Origin: a virus
Strand: one strand, 5' to 3'
DNA: 64,000 nucleotides
Virus record (IMG/VR): IMGVR_UViG_3300042448_000646
Location: 57,957-121,956 of that record
The notes beneath the pieces are model-generated. The model did no database searches. It saw only the letters and a program-made list of their open reading frames with translations, and was not told where the DNA came from. Each line of letters starts with the position of its first letter. The stretch's first letter is position 1. Below are positions 20,862 to 31,407 of the stretch, one piece after another. Position numbers and translations under genes: made by a program.

Positions 20862-21219
20862 AGTTTGATTTCTCTTTTAATATGTACTCAATAAACATTG
20901 CATTGCACAATACGTGGGAGATGTGTCGACAACCTGACTCAGGATCTATGTCTTCCCCACCTAAAAATGCAAACAAATGCCTCATCAAAGACTCACTAAC
21001 TTTAGTTACAGGCATGCCTTTTTTCCAGTTGTCTCTTGCGTACTTATCTGCGCCATACTCTAAAACTTTAACCATACCTTCTAGTGAGTCAAAGTCTACT
21101 AGCGACCACTGTAACTTGTCTTGGTTGTATCTTAATGCTTGTTTGTCTCTATCTAGTAGAGCTCTCTCAAAATCGTCAACCTCGTTGGCAATTTCTTCTC
21201 TAATTGTTTTATTTTCCAT
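20830..21219 (-). CDS. dATP/dGTP diphosphohydrolase-domain protein (DUF5664-like)
   Basis: RYNQDKLQWSLV...VLEYGADKYARDNWKKG...SLMRHL...DPESGCRHISH. Confidence 0.8.
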   Translation of the reverse strand: MENKTIREEIANEVDDFERALLDRDKQALRYNQDKLQWSLVDFDSLEGMVKVLEYGADKYARDNWKKGMPVTKVSESLMRHLFAFLGGEDIDPESGCRHISHVLCNAMFIEYILKEKSNYDDRQNSNKL

Positions 21220-21223
21220 ATTT

Positions 21224-21664
21224 TTATGTGGTTTCTGGTATGTGTGTGCCTAAAACTCCATTTGCAAACTGAAGTACTTTAGTTATGAATTTAGTTACAT
21301 CTTCTTTAGTTGCTTTTGAAAAAGACATAGGGAGTTTAATAAACTGACCTGCCATTGCTACTTCTTCATAAAAGAATTTGTCTTTAAGGAACATAACAAC
21401 TTCTTCTTTAGTTAGTTCTTCTCCTTGTAGTTCCTCCAATGAGTTTTTGATAACAGGAAGTATTACTCCATAAAAATATCGTAATTGTTGCAGACTCTTT
21501 TTGCCTTCAACCTTTACAATATTTAACTCTATCTCTACTTCAGGCTCCCCATTCATAATTTCAGTTAAGTACTTTTGAAGTATAGTAGAGTCATCGGGTT
21601 TAAAATACCTACTACCATCTAATTTGATGGCTAACTTTCCTGGTATATAAATTTTATTTATCAT
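21224..21664 (-). CDS. NinB-like recombination protein
   Basis: KSLQQLRYFYGV...FLKDKF...SFSKATKEDVTKFITKV. Confidence 0.55.
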   Translation of the reverse strand: MINKIYIPGKLAIKLDGSRYFKPDDSTILQKYLTEIMNGEPEVEIELNIVKVEGKKSLQQLRYFYGVILPVIKNSLEELQGEELTKEEVVMFLKDKFFYEEVAMAGQFIKLPMSFSKATKEDVTKFITKVLQFANGVLGTHIPETT

Positions 21665-21929
21665 CTTGCTTTTTTTCTAGTTCTTCAAGTAATCTAAATG
21701 CTAATTCTTCTTCTTTTTCTAGTTGACTTCCTAAGTTATGCTTATCAAAAGCTAAGTCAATCTGTTTTATAAAGTAAGAGTTAGTACCTTTAGCGTTACT
21801 TATTGCTTTGTACAAATCTGGATTAACGTATTCTCTGATAAACTGATATTGGATATTAAGGGCCCGTGCTAACACATAGGCCCTTTTGATATCCGCTAAG
21901 ATTTGTTCTTCAGATGGTTTTTTGCTCAT
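21654..21929 (-). CDS. Hypothetical protein
   Basis: 91-aa ORF. Confidence 0.55.
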   Translation of the reverse strand: MSKKPSEEQILADIKRAYVLARALNIQYQFIREYVNPDLYKAISNAKGTNSYFIKQIDLAFDKHNLGSQLEKEEELAFRLLEELEKKQDDK

Positions 21930-22581
21930 CGATTGACGCTTGATAAGTCTTAAACTGTTGTTTTAAGTCTTCTTCTTCTTGATTTGTAAGTGCCCATAGC
22001 TTAGGATTAAATTCTTGGTATATAGAATCTAAATCACCATAACAGCCGTCTTCTATATTGCACATAATCAAGTCCCAGTAACTATCAGGATTATTCTTTT
22101 GTTCAAACTCCCTATAAGTCATGTGGTCTTCTTCTATATTACCATCCTTGTCAATCACAAACTCTCCTGCAAAATCCATTCCTGACTCTTCATAGTTACC
22201 TTCACAAGTTAACTTATACTTCTTACAAAGTTTACCAAAGAAAGGTAACACAGGACTCCAAGCACTGTCGCCTCTAATTACGAGTCCTGCTTCATCATCA
22301 GTATGATCTGTTTGTATTTCAAAGTAAGCTTCAAACCACTTAGAGCCGTACTTATCGTACACGTCAAAATTAGTAGGAAATGAACCATCTTCACTTTGTT
22401 CAGGTTTGTTCATTAAGATTTTACAAAAGTTACCTGCCCATAGAGTAAATTGAGCACTATTATCACCTTGACGGTAATTAGTCTCAGTCTCTAGGTCAAT
22501 CTTTTTAGCTTGTGCAAACAACTTCTTAATCTCCTCTGCCTTGCCTACAAAGTAGCCGTAATTGTAACAATGATTTGCCAT
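21910..22581 (-). CDS. DUF1281/YubB ferredoxin-like domain protein
   Basis: MANHCYN...KYGSKW...DSAWSP...YEESGMDFAG. Confidence 0.65.
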   Translation of the reverse strand: MANHCYNYGYFVGKAEEIKKLFAQAKKIDLETETNYRQGDNSAQFTLWAGNFCKILMNKPEQSEDGSFPTNFDVYDKYGSKWFEAYFEIQTDHTDDEAGLVIRGDSAWSPVLPFFGKLCKKYKLTCEGNYEESGMDFAGEFVIDKDGNIEEDHMTYREFEQKNNPDSYWDLIMCNIEDGCYGDLDSIYQEFNPKLWALTNQEEEDLKQQFKTYQASIDEQKTI

Positions 22582-22583
22582 AA

Positions 22584-22829
22584 CTAGAACTGATGAAATT
22601 TAGCAGAAGGTAGTTGTACAACTAATACTCCAGAGTTATTACCTTCTCCATCTTTACTAGGGTAAAACAAAGTGCCGTCTTCCAACTCTAAAACGATTAA
22701 CTCCTCGTCCCAATGTAAATCTTCAAGTTCTTCTTGAGAAGCATAACGTACTGACTTAATCTTCTTTCCAACAAAGATATCTTGAGCTAGTTCCATTCTT
22801 TCTACTTGATATTCTATCATTGCTTTCAT
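22584..22829 (-). CDS. Hypothetical protein
   Basis: Start at 22829 (TAATG coupling) preferred; PSKDGEGN motif. Confidence 0.55.
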   Translation of the reverse strand: MKAMIEYQVERMELAQDIFVGKKIKSVRYASQEELEDLHWDEELIVLELEDGTLFYPSKDGEGNNSGVLVVQLPSAKFHQF

Positions 22830-23386
22830 TATTCTGCTGCTAGTGCTATAAAGTGATAGAAACCAGGACATTCTTTGTCTGCTTTCTTATAACTAATCTC
22901 AGAGACTAGTGTTTTACTACCTACTAACTGCTTAGAAATATGCACAGACGTAGCTTCTTTGGTTCTTTCAGTGTACTCACGAGCTTTCTTAATAGCATCA
23001 ATCTGAAACTCGCTACTAGCAATAACATCTCCGTTGTATACTTTTACTTGGTAGACTGTCTTCCAGGTACGAGTTCCCTTTTGAGGTGTAGTAGCAACTT
23101 GAGTTTTAATCTTGTTAGTATTAACTACAGGCTCACCAGTACAAATACCTAATGCAGGTCCCCACTTTTCTAATTTATTATTCTCGTAGAGGTAGTATGC
23201 ATAATCATCCAGACTTTTACCTGACGCTCTAAACTCTTTAGTTCCGTCTACAACCCCGTTAGTGGTACTGATAGTACCATTATACGGATCGTTGCCATTT
23301 TCATACACAGCATCTTCTACTGCATTGTTGTATGCCTCACGCATTGAGGCTCCTCTGCTTCTTACTTCAATTAAACTTGCTCCCAT
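22829..23386 (-). CDS. Hypothetical protein
   Basis: 185-aa ORF. Confidence 0.6.
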   Translation of the reverse strand: MGASLIEVRSRGASMREAYNNAVEDAVYENGNDPYNGTISTTNGVVDGTKEFRASGKSLDDYAYYLYENNKLEKWGPALGICTGEPVVNTNKIKTQVATTPQKGTRTWKTVYQVKVYNGDVIASSEFQIDAIKKAREYTERTKEATSVHISKQLVGSKTLVSEISYKKADKECPGFYHFIALAAE

Positions 23387-23408
23387 AATTTTTTTTGTTT
23401 AGTTAGTT

Positions 23409-25430
23409 TTATTTTTTCCAATAAGGTGCGATACAAGGGTCAGCTTTTAAAGGTACAGTTTTACAAAACTTTTTACCTGCTTTCTCCATTGCATCTTGTA
23501 ATGCATTAGCACATTCCTCCGCTAATGATAGAGGACACTCTACTAGATTTTCATCGTGTATTGTGTTTACAAATTTTACTGTAAATAATAATTTGTTGGG
23601 TACTAGATAGTTATGCCAAAACAAAACACATGATAGTTTTGTTATTTCCGAAGACTCGCCTTGTATTGGGTAGTTAAGTGACATACGTTCAATCTCACCT
23701 TTCTTCATTGAAAATGCTTGCACCTCTTTCTTTATTTCTTTAAAAGTAGGTGTGTTATTTTCTTTATGTTTTCTGTACCCTTCCCAAAACTTTTGAACTT
23801 CTGGGTTTTTACCCTCCATCTTCTTTTTCTTCTCTATGTACCATTCGTAGTTATCTACGTAGGATTTTTTACCTGTTATTTCTGAAATCAATACAAAGCC
23901 GTTCTGTAACCCGAACTTTTTAGCTTTCTCAAAGTATGATTTCAATCCAGGAAAGGCTTTAAAGTAGGAATCGTAGATATGCTGACCTTGAGTTAGACTT
24001 AACCCTAGTTGATCTGCAATACCTTTCCCACTACCACCATAGTTGATAGCAAATCCTGCTACCTTAGCTGCTTGACGTTTATCTTTATGCTTTTCCTTAA
24101 TTATATCAAGGGGCACATCGTCTAGCTCAGGATACATCTTAGATGCCACAAATGAGTGCATATCTCCAAGATCCTTCCTGTAAAACAATAATAGGTTTTC
24201 GTCTAAGCATTTATTAACTAAGACTATTTGTTCTTGACCAGTATAGTCACACCCTATTAATGTATTTCCTTCTTCTGCTACAAAACAACTTCTAGTTTCT
24301 TTATCACTAGGAATGTTTTGAAAGTTTGGATAAGATTCCCCTGTAGCTTTGTTTCTTCCACCACTAGACAAGCGTCCTGTGTTCATCAACTGCGTGTAAC
24401 TAGTGTGTACTCTACCGCTTACAGGATTAATTAATCTTAACCAGTTCTCACCATACGTACCGATATTCTTTTGGCATTCTTTGTATCGGATATATGTTCT
24501 TAAGATAGGAAATTCTTCAATTTGTTTAGACAGTTGTCCTGCCTCTGTTGTCTTTTTGACTACACCTTTATCTATTATTTCGACATTGACTCCCATCATT
24601 TCAAATAGTTGAATGACTTGGGTAGCGCTGTTCCAATTAATGCAAGTGTGTAATCCAGGACTAAATAAATCACCTTGTCTATCTATAAACTTATCAAAGT
24701 CGTTTTTTATTAAGTAGGAGTCTAGCTCTATTCTTAATTCTTCTGCCTCATTCTTTATTTTTCCCAGTCGGTTGAGCCATTTTTCTACATCTAGCTTCAT
24801 ACCACAGTACTCTATATAAGAAAGCACAATTACAAAACGATTATCTAGTTCAATAGATAACTCACAGTTCTTTTCTTTAACTAATACTTCTTGTTTACTC
24901 CTAATAGCATGCAGATATTGTACATCTTTACCACTATACTTAATAAATTCAGGACTAAACCTGCCTGTAATATTAAGTCTTTGGGTTTTGTCCATGTAAA
25001 CTCCACAATATCGATCTGCACAATCCGCTAAAGAGCACCTATGCTTATCTACTCCAAGATAAATGGTCTTTTCCGTAATAAATGTATCAAATATCTTGTT
25101 AGGTATAATTCTATTGTGCATCAAGAATCTAATGTCAAACTTTAAGTTGTGACCAATTAGTTCTTTGTCCTCTAGAATTGATTTAAATGCTTGAATATCT
25201 AATGTATTTGTATCAATTACAAACTGATTTTCAGCATTACCCAATTGGATACATACAATACGATCTCTGTACGGATCAAATCCTAGAGTCTCAATGTCAA
25301 ATCCAAGTATGTCTTGACTACTTAAGTACTTAAGACAGGTGTCTACATTGCATGCTATAATCTCTCCATTAGAAGAATCTTGCATCTCCTTCTGAAGTTG
25401 TTTGTCTGCTGATACAAAATACAATCCCAT
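23409..25430 (-). CDS. polA: Family A DNA polymerase with 3'-5' exonuclease
   Basis: Exo GFDIETLG, GHNLKFD, YSGKD; motif A DYTGQEQ, motif B RQAAKVAGFAINYG, motif C TIHDENLVE; start may be 25430 or 25442. Confidence 0.93.
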   Translation of the reverse strand: MGLYFVSADKQLQKEMQDSSNGEIIACNVDTCLKYLSSQDILGFDIETLGFDPYRDRIVCIQLGNAENQFVIDTNTLDIQAFKSILEDKELIGHNLKFDIRFLMHNRIIPNKIFDTFITEKTIYLGVDKHRCSLADCADRYCGVYMDKTQRLNITGRFSPEFIKYSGKDVQYLHAIRSKQEVLVKEKNCELSIELDNRFVIVLSYIEYCGMKLDVEKWLNRLGKIKNEAEELRIELDSYLIKNDFDKFIDRQGDLFSPGLHTCINWNSATQVIQLFEMMGVNVEIIDKGVVKKTTEAGQLSKQIEEFPILRTYIRYKECQKNIGTYGENWLRLINPVSGRVHTSYTQLMNTGRLSSGGRNKATGESYPNFQNIPSDKETRSCFVAEEGNTLIGCDYTGQEQIVLVNKCLDENLLLFYRKDLGDMHSFVASKMYPELDDVPLDIIKEKHKDKRQAAKVAGFAINYGGSGKGIADQLGLSLTQGQHIYDSYFKAFPGLKSYFEKAKKFGLQNGFVLISEITGKKSYVDNYEWYIEKKKKMEGKNPEVQKFWEGYRKHKENNTPTFKEIKKEVQAFSMKKGEIERMSLNYPIQGESSEITKLSCVLFWHNYLVPNKLLFTVKFVNTIHDENLVECPLSLAEECANALQDAMEKAGKKFCKTVPLKADPCIAPYWKK

Positions 25431-25432
25431 TA

Positions 25433-26050
25433 CTAATCCCAAACGTTAAGTTTCTTCCTCAATTCGCTTACTAAATCTTCATAAACAGTAATTAAATCCA
25501 TCATCTCTGCACTAGTAAACTTCTTAACCTCACGTGACGTACGTACCATTAATTCAGCTGTACCTTCCCCATGTAGTTTATCTAAGTTTACTCCAAAAAT
25601 GTATTGATTACCACTTAAGCCGATGTTACATCCGTAGCATTGGGGCTTGCAATTTAATACATGAAATCGAGTTGAATAGAATCTTCTCGACTGAAAATGT
25701 CCACATTGTATTTCTCGCCAGTGTAAAACTTTCTCACAAGTAAAACATTTGGCACTGTGCTCATGTTTAATACCCGACAGTCTGACATATACACTAAATA
25801 TTCTGTCTAGTTTCTTGGTCAGTACCCCGATAGACTCAGCTTTCTTTTTACGTGCTTTATCCTTACGCTCCTTAACCTTAACTATTTGTGATTTTTTCAC
25901 ACAAACGGCACATAACTTCTTCGTTTTGTTACTATATAGACGTTTTTTGCCACATTCTGTGCAAATTGTCTCAATAACAGCTTTGTCTTTATTTACAGGT
26001 TCTCCCTTAACTGGAATCTTTTTAGCCTGTGTTGGTTTTCTTGATAACAT
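25433..26050 (-). CDS. NinG/Rap-like HNH junction nuclease
   Basis: LDRIFSVYVRL...CFTC...QCGHFQSR...TRFHVLNCKPQCYGCN. Confidence 0.75.
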   Translation of the reverse strand: MLSRKPTQAKKIPVKGEPVNKDKAVIETICTECGKKRLYSNKTKKLCAVCVKKSQIVKVKERKDKARKKKAESIGVLTKKLDRIFSVYVRLSGIKHEHSAKCFTCEKVLHWREIQCGHFQSRRFYSTRFHVLNCKPQCYGCNIGLSGNQYIFGVNLDKLHGEGTAELMVRTSREVKKFTSAEMMDLITVYEDLVSELRKKLNVWD

Positions 26051-26059
26051 AATACAATA

Positions 26060-26113
26060 TACAAAGGAAAAGAATAACCCAAGCTTTCCTTAGGCTATTC
26101 TGTTTTCCTTTGT
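26060..26113 (-). promoter_or_regulatory. Phage-type TTWTTC motif (predicted +1 at 26060) embedded in a long inverted repeat
   Basis: - strand TTATTC-TTTTCCTTTGT-A; arms ACAAAGGAAAA / TTTTCCTTTGT. Confidence 0.5.
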
Positions 26114-26122
26114 TATTAGACA

Positions 26123-26971
26123 TTAGATGTAAATCTCTACTGGTCTGCTGGTAACAAACTTGTTCTCAATCAAGTCAAAAGCACGTTGGTTGATACGAGC
26201 CCCTGAACCAAACATCAATGCCTTACGTTTAGCATCTATGTCTTTGTAAGTAGTCATGTGGTTAGTGAAACGTGTAACTGCATTAAACAATCCGTAGGCT
26301 GATTCACCGTGTGCTGCATACTCTGTAGACATTGCTGCTTTCAAATCATTCAAACGATTAGTACTACGAGTAGACTCCAAGTGACCTCCGATAATCTCAA
26401 ACAAGAAATCATCATCAATCTTACTAGGTACTACTGTATTGCTCATTTGAATCATACGCTGGATTGTTTGCTCTTCTGCATTCATTGATTCACGCAAAGA
26501 GTTGATAATACCGCCTAACCTTTCTTTATGGTTAGGAGTATGTTTAACTGCTTCACAATCTTTGAATGCTTGGAAGAATGTGTTCTGGCAAATAACAACT
26601 ACGTTAGTTGCACCAAAGCCAATTTTAGTCAAGCCGTCATGTGCTGTAAGACCTGTCAAGTAACGCATGTTTTTAGAGCCACCGATAGTTACTTCAGGCA
26701 ATTGGAACTGGTAGTAAATCCTTTCTCCCATACCTAAAGCTCCGCCACGTACCGCAGGGATGTTTAAAGCTCCTGCAGCATCCATTAGCATCTCAACAAC
26801 TTCATGATTCTGAGTGATAGTGTACTTGCCTCCAACTAGACCTAAACAACGGTCATTGTCTTTTCTGAAAATTCCGTAGCCATTAGTTGTTTCTCCGTTA
26901 GGACCAAACAAAGCTCTCTTTTCGACTGTCCAATCAGTCTTTGATGTGGTTAATAATTCTTGTGAATTCAT
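26123..26971 (-). CDS. DUF932/DUF945-family protein
   Basis: LGLVGGKYTITQN...AHDG...NVVVICQNT...SAYGLFNAVT. Confidence 0.8.
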   Translation of the reverse strand: MNSQELLTTSKTDWTVEKRALFGPNGETTNGYGIFRKDNDRCLGLVGGKYTITQNHEVVEMLMDAAGALNIPAVRGGALGMGERIYYQFQLPEVTIGGSKNMRYLTGLTAHDGLTKIGFGATNVVVICQNTFFQAFKDCEAVKHTPNHKERLGGIINSLRESMNAEEQTIQRMIQMSNTVVPSKIDDDFLFEIIGGHLESTRSTNRLNDLKAAMSTEYAAHGESAYGLFNAVTRFTNHMTTYKDIDAKRKALMFGSGARINQRAFDLIENKFVTSRPVEIYI

Positions 26972-26975
26972 GTTT

Positions 26976-27215
26976 TTAATGTTTTAAGTTTCTTAGTGTT
27001 TTTAGTAATTCTTTTAATTCATTTACTCTTCCTGTAATCTCGCAATAATCGTACTCTGTTTTCTGGTCAGCATCTTGCAACTCATCTATACGATGAATAA
27101 CAAAATCAATGATGTAGTTGCTTACTTCTTTAGCAACTCTATCTTCTACCATGTTTACTAGTTGATCTAGTGTTTGTTGAAAATCTTCGGATGCGGTTAA
27201 TTTCTTGTCTGTCAT
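26976..27215 (-). CDS. Hypothetical protein
   Basis: 79-aa ORF. Confidence 0.55.
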   Translation of the reverse strand: MTDKKLTASEDFQQTLDQLVNMVEDRVAKEVSNYIIDFVIHRIDELQDADQKTEYDYCEITGRVNELKELLKTLRNLKH

Positions 27216-27910
27216 GTTTTAATCCAATTAATTGTGTTTAAGTTAGCTTTTTCTAGATGTTTGTTTACTTCAATAAAGTGGTTACAATTCCAAGGTCTGC
27301 CCTGATAGTTTGCCGCTACTGGATGTTCTGACTCTAAGATAACATGATGATCAGCGATTTGTGTTTTAAAAGCTTGTGCATCTTTACCCCATAAACAGAA
27401 AATAATGTCAGTAGTGTGCTCATTAAGGGCTTTAATTACCTCTTTGGTCCACAGTTCCCATACTTTCATATGGCTTCCAGCTTTACCCTGCTCAACGGTT
27501 AACGCTGCGTTGAGCATAAGTATACCCTGTTTTGCCCAATACTCAATATCTAAATCAACAGCAAAGGTTAGTTCGCTGTCGTAAAAGTCCTCTTTAATTC
27601 TGTCATAAATCTTTCTAAGACTTGGAGGAACATATTCTCGGTCACGAGGTGCAAATGATAGCCCACATGCCACAGGTTTGTTTTTGTAGAGTGTAGGATA
27701 TGGATCCATACCTATCACTACTACACATACTTTACTTAAAGGAGTTAGTTGGAATGCCCTAAATATCTCTTTACTAGGGGGAAATACCTCTACTTCTTCT
27801 CGTTTAGTTTTAATGTGATTTGCTACTTTACTGAAATGCTCAGATTCTATGTAGCTTTTTAGCCGCCTATACCAATCATCTGGTATATTTATTCGTTTAG
27901 TTAACTGCAT
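27212..27910 (-). CDS. ung: Uracil-DNA glycosylase, family 1
   Basis: VVVIGMDPYP...GLSF...PPSL...WAKQGILMLNAALTV...LWG...SEHP. Confidence 0.92.
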   Translation of the reverse strand: MQLTKRINIPDDWYRRLKSYIESEHFSKVANHIKTKREEVEVFPPSKEIFRAFQLTPLSKVCVVVIGMDPYPTLYKNKPVACGLSFAPRDREYVPPSLRKIYDRIKEDFYDSELTFAVDLDIEYWAKQGILMLNAALTVEQGKAGSHMKVWELWTKEVIKALNEHTTDIIFCLWGKDAQAFKTQIADHHVILESEHPVAANYQGRPWNCNHFIEVNKHLEKANLNTINWIKT

Positions 27911-28484
27911 TTTTTATTCTTTTGACTTTTCGTTCTGCTTTGATTTTGGCATACTCAGCTGACTGATTCTCTAGGACAAACTTATCTATAAACAAATGAG
28001 GCATTTCTTCTTGTAGTTTTACAATTGTGTTAAAATACTTTATTACATACAAATGATCGCTGTCTAGTAAATCTTCATGAGTACCTGTGTTATGGATAAT
28101 AGTGCTATGGTCTCTGCCAAACATATTACCCAAGTCAGTATAAGTGTATGCTCTATAGTAGTAAAAGAAACAAATAAGAATCATTCTAATTTCAACTATT
28201 CCTCTTATTCTACAACTAGAGAAAATCACGTTGAACTCAGAATGGTTGAAATCACAGACTATTTGAACTATTTTTAGTTCTTCTTTAGTCATCGGTCTGT
28301 ATCCTTTAATCTTGAAAGGTTTTTTCTTTACAATACTGCCATAGGTCTTATCCTTGTATGGTTTAATTGAGTCTAAAGCTAAAATCTTTGCAACTGTCTT
28401 TTCTACGTACCAAGTATCTACATGGTCCATATCTTTTGAGCATTCTTTAACTACAATTTCTACAATATTTCGTATTGTTTGCAT
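27897..28484 (-). CDS. DnaA C-terminal (domain IV)-like HTH protein
   Basis: SSCRIRGIVEIRMILI...TDLGNMFGRDHSTIIH. Confidence 0.7.
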   Translation of the reverse strand: MQTIRNIVEIVVKECSKDMDHVDTWYVEKTVAKILALDSIKPYKDKTYGSIVKKKPFKIKGYRPMTKEELKIVQIVCDFNHSEFNVIFSSCRIRGIVEIRMILICFFYYYRAYTYTDLGNMFGRDHSTIIHNTGTHEDLLDSDHLYVIKYFNTIVKLQEEMPHLFIDKFVLENQSAEYAKIKAERKVKRIKNAVN

Positions 28485-29416
28485 AATTCTATTAGTTTTG
28501 TGATTCCGTGATTTTTGACAATGTCGCTAGTGTCTTTGCCTAGTATACTATTGTGACTAACTCTAATAAGTCTTTTATCTCTACTACATAAGTTAGTAGA
28601 CATTTGTTCCCCAGGCTCGTCAGCGTCATACCAGACAAATACTTTCTTAAATCTATCGCATAACTCATCTAAAGTTTCTTGAGTAAGCTTACTAGCTTCT
28701 GTAGTTGGGCAAACAGCATTAATTCCTAAAGTAGAGAAGACCATTACATCTTTAGTTGCTTTAGTTATAATAAGTTTGTTTCCTCTTTCTGGTAGCATAG
28801 ATGTACACTCTAACTGAAGACTGTAGTTATTTCTAAATTTAACTTTTTTGTTAAAAGGACGATATAGCTTAATCTTATCAACTTCTAAGTACCTGTAACA
28901 AGGATCTTTGTCTGAGTATAAATACCTAAGCTCTCCATTAATCCATGCTTTTCTTACTTTACGCACATTGAATTTTTGAAGAGTCGCTAAAGTAATGTTA
29001 AACTGTTGCCAATACTCTAAATCTTTGTTATCATAAGGCATCACCTCTACTTTAATTGTAGTAGTTGACTCAGTATCATCTGGATCATATTTAATAGTAG
29101 GCTTGGGAACATCTAGTACATGAAGATTAGACATTTGGTTGTAAATCTTTTGAGCTGTCAGTTTTTCTCCACATCGTAAATTAGCAATACTAAAACAGTT
29201 GTATTGTTTACCTGCACTAAAGTCATTAAAAACCAGCTGTCCACCTTTTGTATAGAAGAAGTAACACTTTGGAAAAGTGTCTTTCCTAAATGGATTCAAA
29301 TAGGGATGCTTTAACTTAATAGGTTCTCCAAAGTAAAACTCCATAATTTGTTCCTCACTAAAAACTTGTAAAAGTTTAGGAGTGTCTATAACTACTCTTA
29401 TATTATCTAGGTTCAT
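28460..29416 (-). CDS. DNA primase (crAss-type, Toprim)
   Basis: NPFRKD...FNDF; LIITKATKDVM; WYDADEPG; GKDTSD. Confidence 0.8.
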   Translation of the reverse strand: MNLDNIRVVIDTPKLLQVFSEEQIMEFYFGEPIKLKHPYLNPFRKDTFPKCYFFYTKGGQLVFNDFSAGKQYNCFSIANLRCGEKLTAQKIYNQMSNLHVLDVPKPTIKYDPDDTESTTTIKVEVMPYDNKDLEYWQQFNITLATLQKFNVRKVRKAWINGELRYLYSDKDPCYRYLEVDKIKLYRPFNKKVKFRNNYSLQLECTSMLPERGNKLIITKATKDVMVFSTLGINAVCPTTEASKLTQETLDELCDRFKKVFVWYDADEPGEQMSTNLCSRDKRLIRVSHNSILGKDTSDIVKNHGITKLIELCKQYEIL

Positions 29417-29489
29417 GTTTTTTATATAATAAACTAAAGGGGCACTATAAGCACCCCTTAGCTTACTAACTAATGGTACTTAGATTTAA

Positions 29490-30350
29490 TTATCCAAACA
29501 AATCATCCTCAAAAGGACTCTCTGATTTTGCTGGGGTTACACTAGGCACATCTCCAAATGGATCACTCTCAGTTGTCCAAGCATTGTCGCCAGTTTCTAC
29601 AGAATTTGGTTCTGCATCTGCAACATACTCTTTGAACTGAAGACTATCCGCATAGTGGTGTTTGTAGCCATAGTTAGAATCTGTGATTCTTCCTTTTGTG
29701 TAGTCGGTAATTTTTGCAGTCAAAGTTAGGAACAAACTATTCCAAACATCTTGATACTGACCATCTTTAACGCCCATAAGAACTCTGACACCCCCATCTT
29801 TCTTGTTGAAGTAATCAAAGAAGTCACGAAGTTCTTTTACGTTACCTTTAATGATATTCTTAATATCATCCAACATAAGAGCAGAATTATTGGTATCAAT
29901 ATTACCATAAGAACGTAGTAAGGTATACAAATCTTCTTCGCCACGCAAAGCTTCACGTACATTATCTAACTTTAGTTTGTTGTAGTCAGCCAATTTGCTG
30001 TTACGTTCAGATAAATCTCCAAGACTATCTGCCCACGTTACTTTGCTATGGTTGTCAATATACTGTGTTTTTCCAGACTGGCTAACACGAGTTTGAGCAC
30101 TGATAAATAACGCAAACTTACCCAATAATGGAGTAGTAAGGCTTTCATGATTCTTGTAGAAGAAGTCAATACGTGTACTATCTTCTGTAAAATAGTTTGG
30201 TTCTTTTACTTTCTCTACATCTACCTCATAAAGAGCTGCAATTTGCTCACGAGTTGGATTAACTGCTACGATTTTGATTGGTGCAATACCTGTAAACAAC
30301 TTCTTGTTGCTTGTACCGCTTGTTCTGGTTTCTAAATTTTCTAAATTCAT
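29490..30350 (-). CDS. Putative single-stranded DNA-binding protein
   Basis: KIVAVNPT motif; acidic tail PFEDDLFG; lies between AAA ATPase and primase. Confidence 0.55.
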   Translation of the reverse strand: MNLENLETRTSGTSNKKLFTGIAPIKIVAVNPTREQIAALYEVDVEKVKEPNYFTEDSTRIDFFYKNHESLTTPLLGKFALFISAQTRVSQSGKTQYIDNHSKVTWADSLGDLSERNSKLADYNKLKLDNVREALRGEEDLYTLLRSYGNIDTNNSALMLDDIKNIIKGNVKELRDFFDYFNKKDGGVRVLMGVKDGQYQDVWNSLFLTLTAKITDYTKGRITDSNYGYKHHYADSLQFKEYVADAEPNSVETGDNAWTTESDPFGDVPSVTPAKSESPFEDDLFG

Positions 30351-30379
30351 GATTTTGCTTTTAATTTTTTTAAGTTAGG

Positions 30380-31051
30380 TTAAGAATAATACTCATCAAT
30401 GTGCTCACACACTTGTTTTAAGTCATTAGGAATACGGGTTTCAGGAAACATTCCATCAGGTGATTTAGCTGGATACTTCTTCCATCTGTTAGTTACAAAT
30501 TCATAAGTTGCGTTACCCTGATTATCTTCTGACACATGGGTATACAAAGCAACTGTGAATAGACCTTCTAACACAATCTGATTATCCAACAACTTCCCAG
30601 CTGTTTTCATTTTGTAAGAAACAATTGATCCATCGTCCATAATTTCCTCGGGATGAGAAAAGTAGAAAATTTTCAAGTCGTCTCTTAGTTTGCGGGCCTC
30701 CGTTAATAACGTGACCATGTCCTTAGCCATTACGGAAAATTTGGTAAAACCTGTTTCTGTAGCTTTTCTTACCATGTTGAATCCCATGATGTAATTAGAG
30801 TCTTCTAAAATTACATTCTTGATGTGTGGGGCTTTCTCATTGATACTTTGAAGATACTTAACAACTTGCAGGGCTTCATCTATTTCTGCATAGTTCTTGT
30901 TTTCTAGATTGTACATTTTGTTAGAGCCTTTAAATGGAAGTTCTTTACGAGCTACATTGATGATGTAAGTTTCTTTTGGATCTAAATTTTTAACTGATGT
31001 TGATTTCCCACTACCTGTGGGTCCTACGACTGCGATTAATTTGCTTGACAT
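30380..31051 (-). CDS. AAA-family ATPase (Sak4/AAA_24-like)
   Basis: GPTGSGKS Walker A; VILED; KTAGK; PAKSP. Confidence 0.8.
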   Translation of the reverse strand: MSSKLIAVVGPTGSGKSTSVKNLDPKETYIINVARKELPFKGSNKMYNLENKNYAEIDEALQVVKYLQSINEKAPHIKNVILEDSNYIMGFNMVRKATETGFTKFSVMAKDMVTLLTEARKLRDDLKIFYFSHPEEIMDDGSIVSYKMKTAGKLLDNQIVLEGLFTVALYTHVSEDNQGNATYEFVTNRWKKYPAKSPDGMFPETRIPNDLKQVCEHIDEYYS

Positions 31052-31054
31052 TTT

Positions 31055-31405
31055 TTAGTTTTTAGTTTTCTTTGGTTTATGTTCTTTTATATTTTCCAAA
31101 TCAGACTCTTCTTTCAATGCCCAGCCATAAAACAAAGTGAACTCTTTTACTAATGTCATTAGTTGCGTTGTGGTAAATGGTTCATTTGTTTGATAGGTAG
31201 ATATCTCAGTTAGAGCGTCATTATTGGTCACTAAATATTTATACAGCCAGTCTTGGAATTTCTTTTCTTCCTCTACTGACCATTCAAACGCCTCATGCCA
31301 TTCGTCTTGTAATATATCTATTTTAGTAATGTCAGTTCCTACTTGCTCACACATTTCACTAAAAATGATGTTTAAATGATGTCCTAATTTAATTTTCTTT
31401 AACAT
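31055..31405 (-). CDS. Hypothetical protein
   Basis: 116-aa ORF. Confidence 0.55.
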   Translation of the reverse strand: MLKKIKLGHHLNIIFSEMCEQVGTDITKIDILQDEWHEAFEWSVEEEKKFQDWLYKYLVTNNDALTEISTYQTNEPFTTTQLMTLVKEFTLFYGWALKEESDLENIKEHKPKKTKN

Positions 31406-31407
31406 GT

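Noticed and set aside
20830-25430. 2-aminoadenine (Z) genome system suggested by the dATP/dGTP diphosphohydrolase plus PolA
   Set aside because: No PurZ-like gene in the window; this domain alone is not diagnostic
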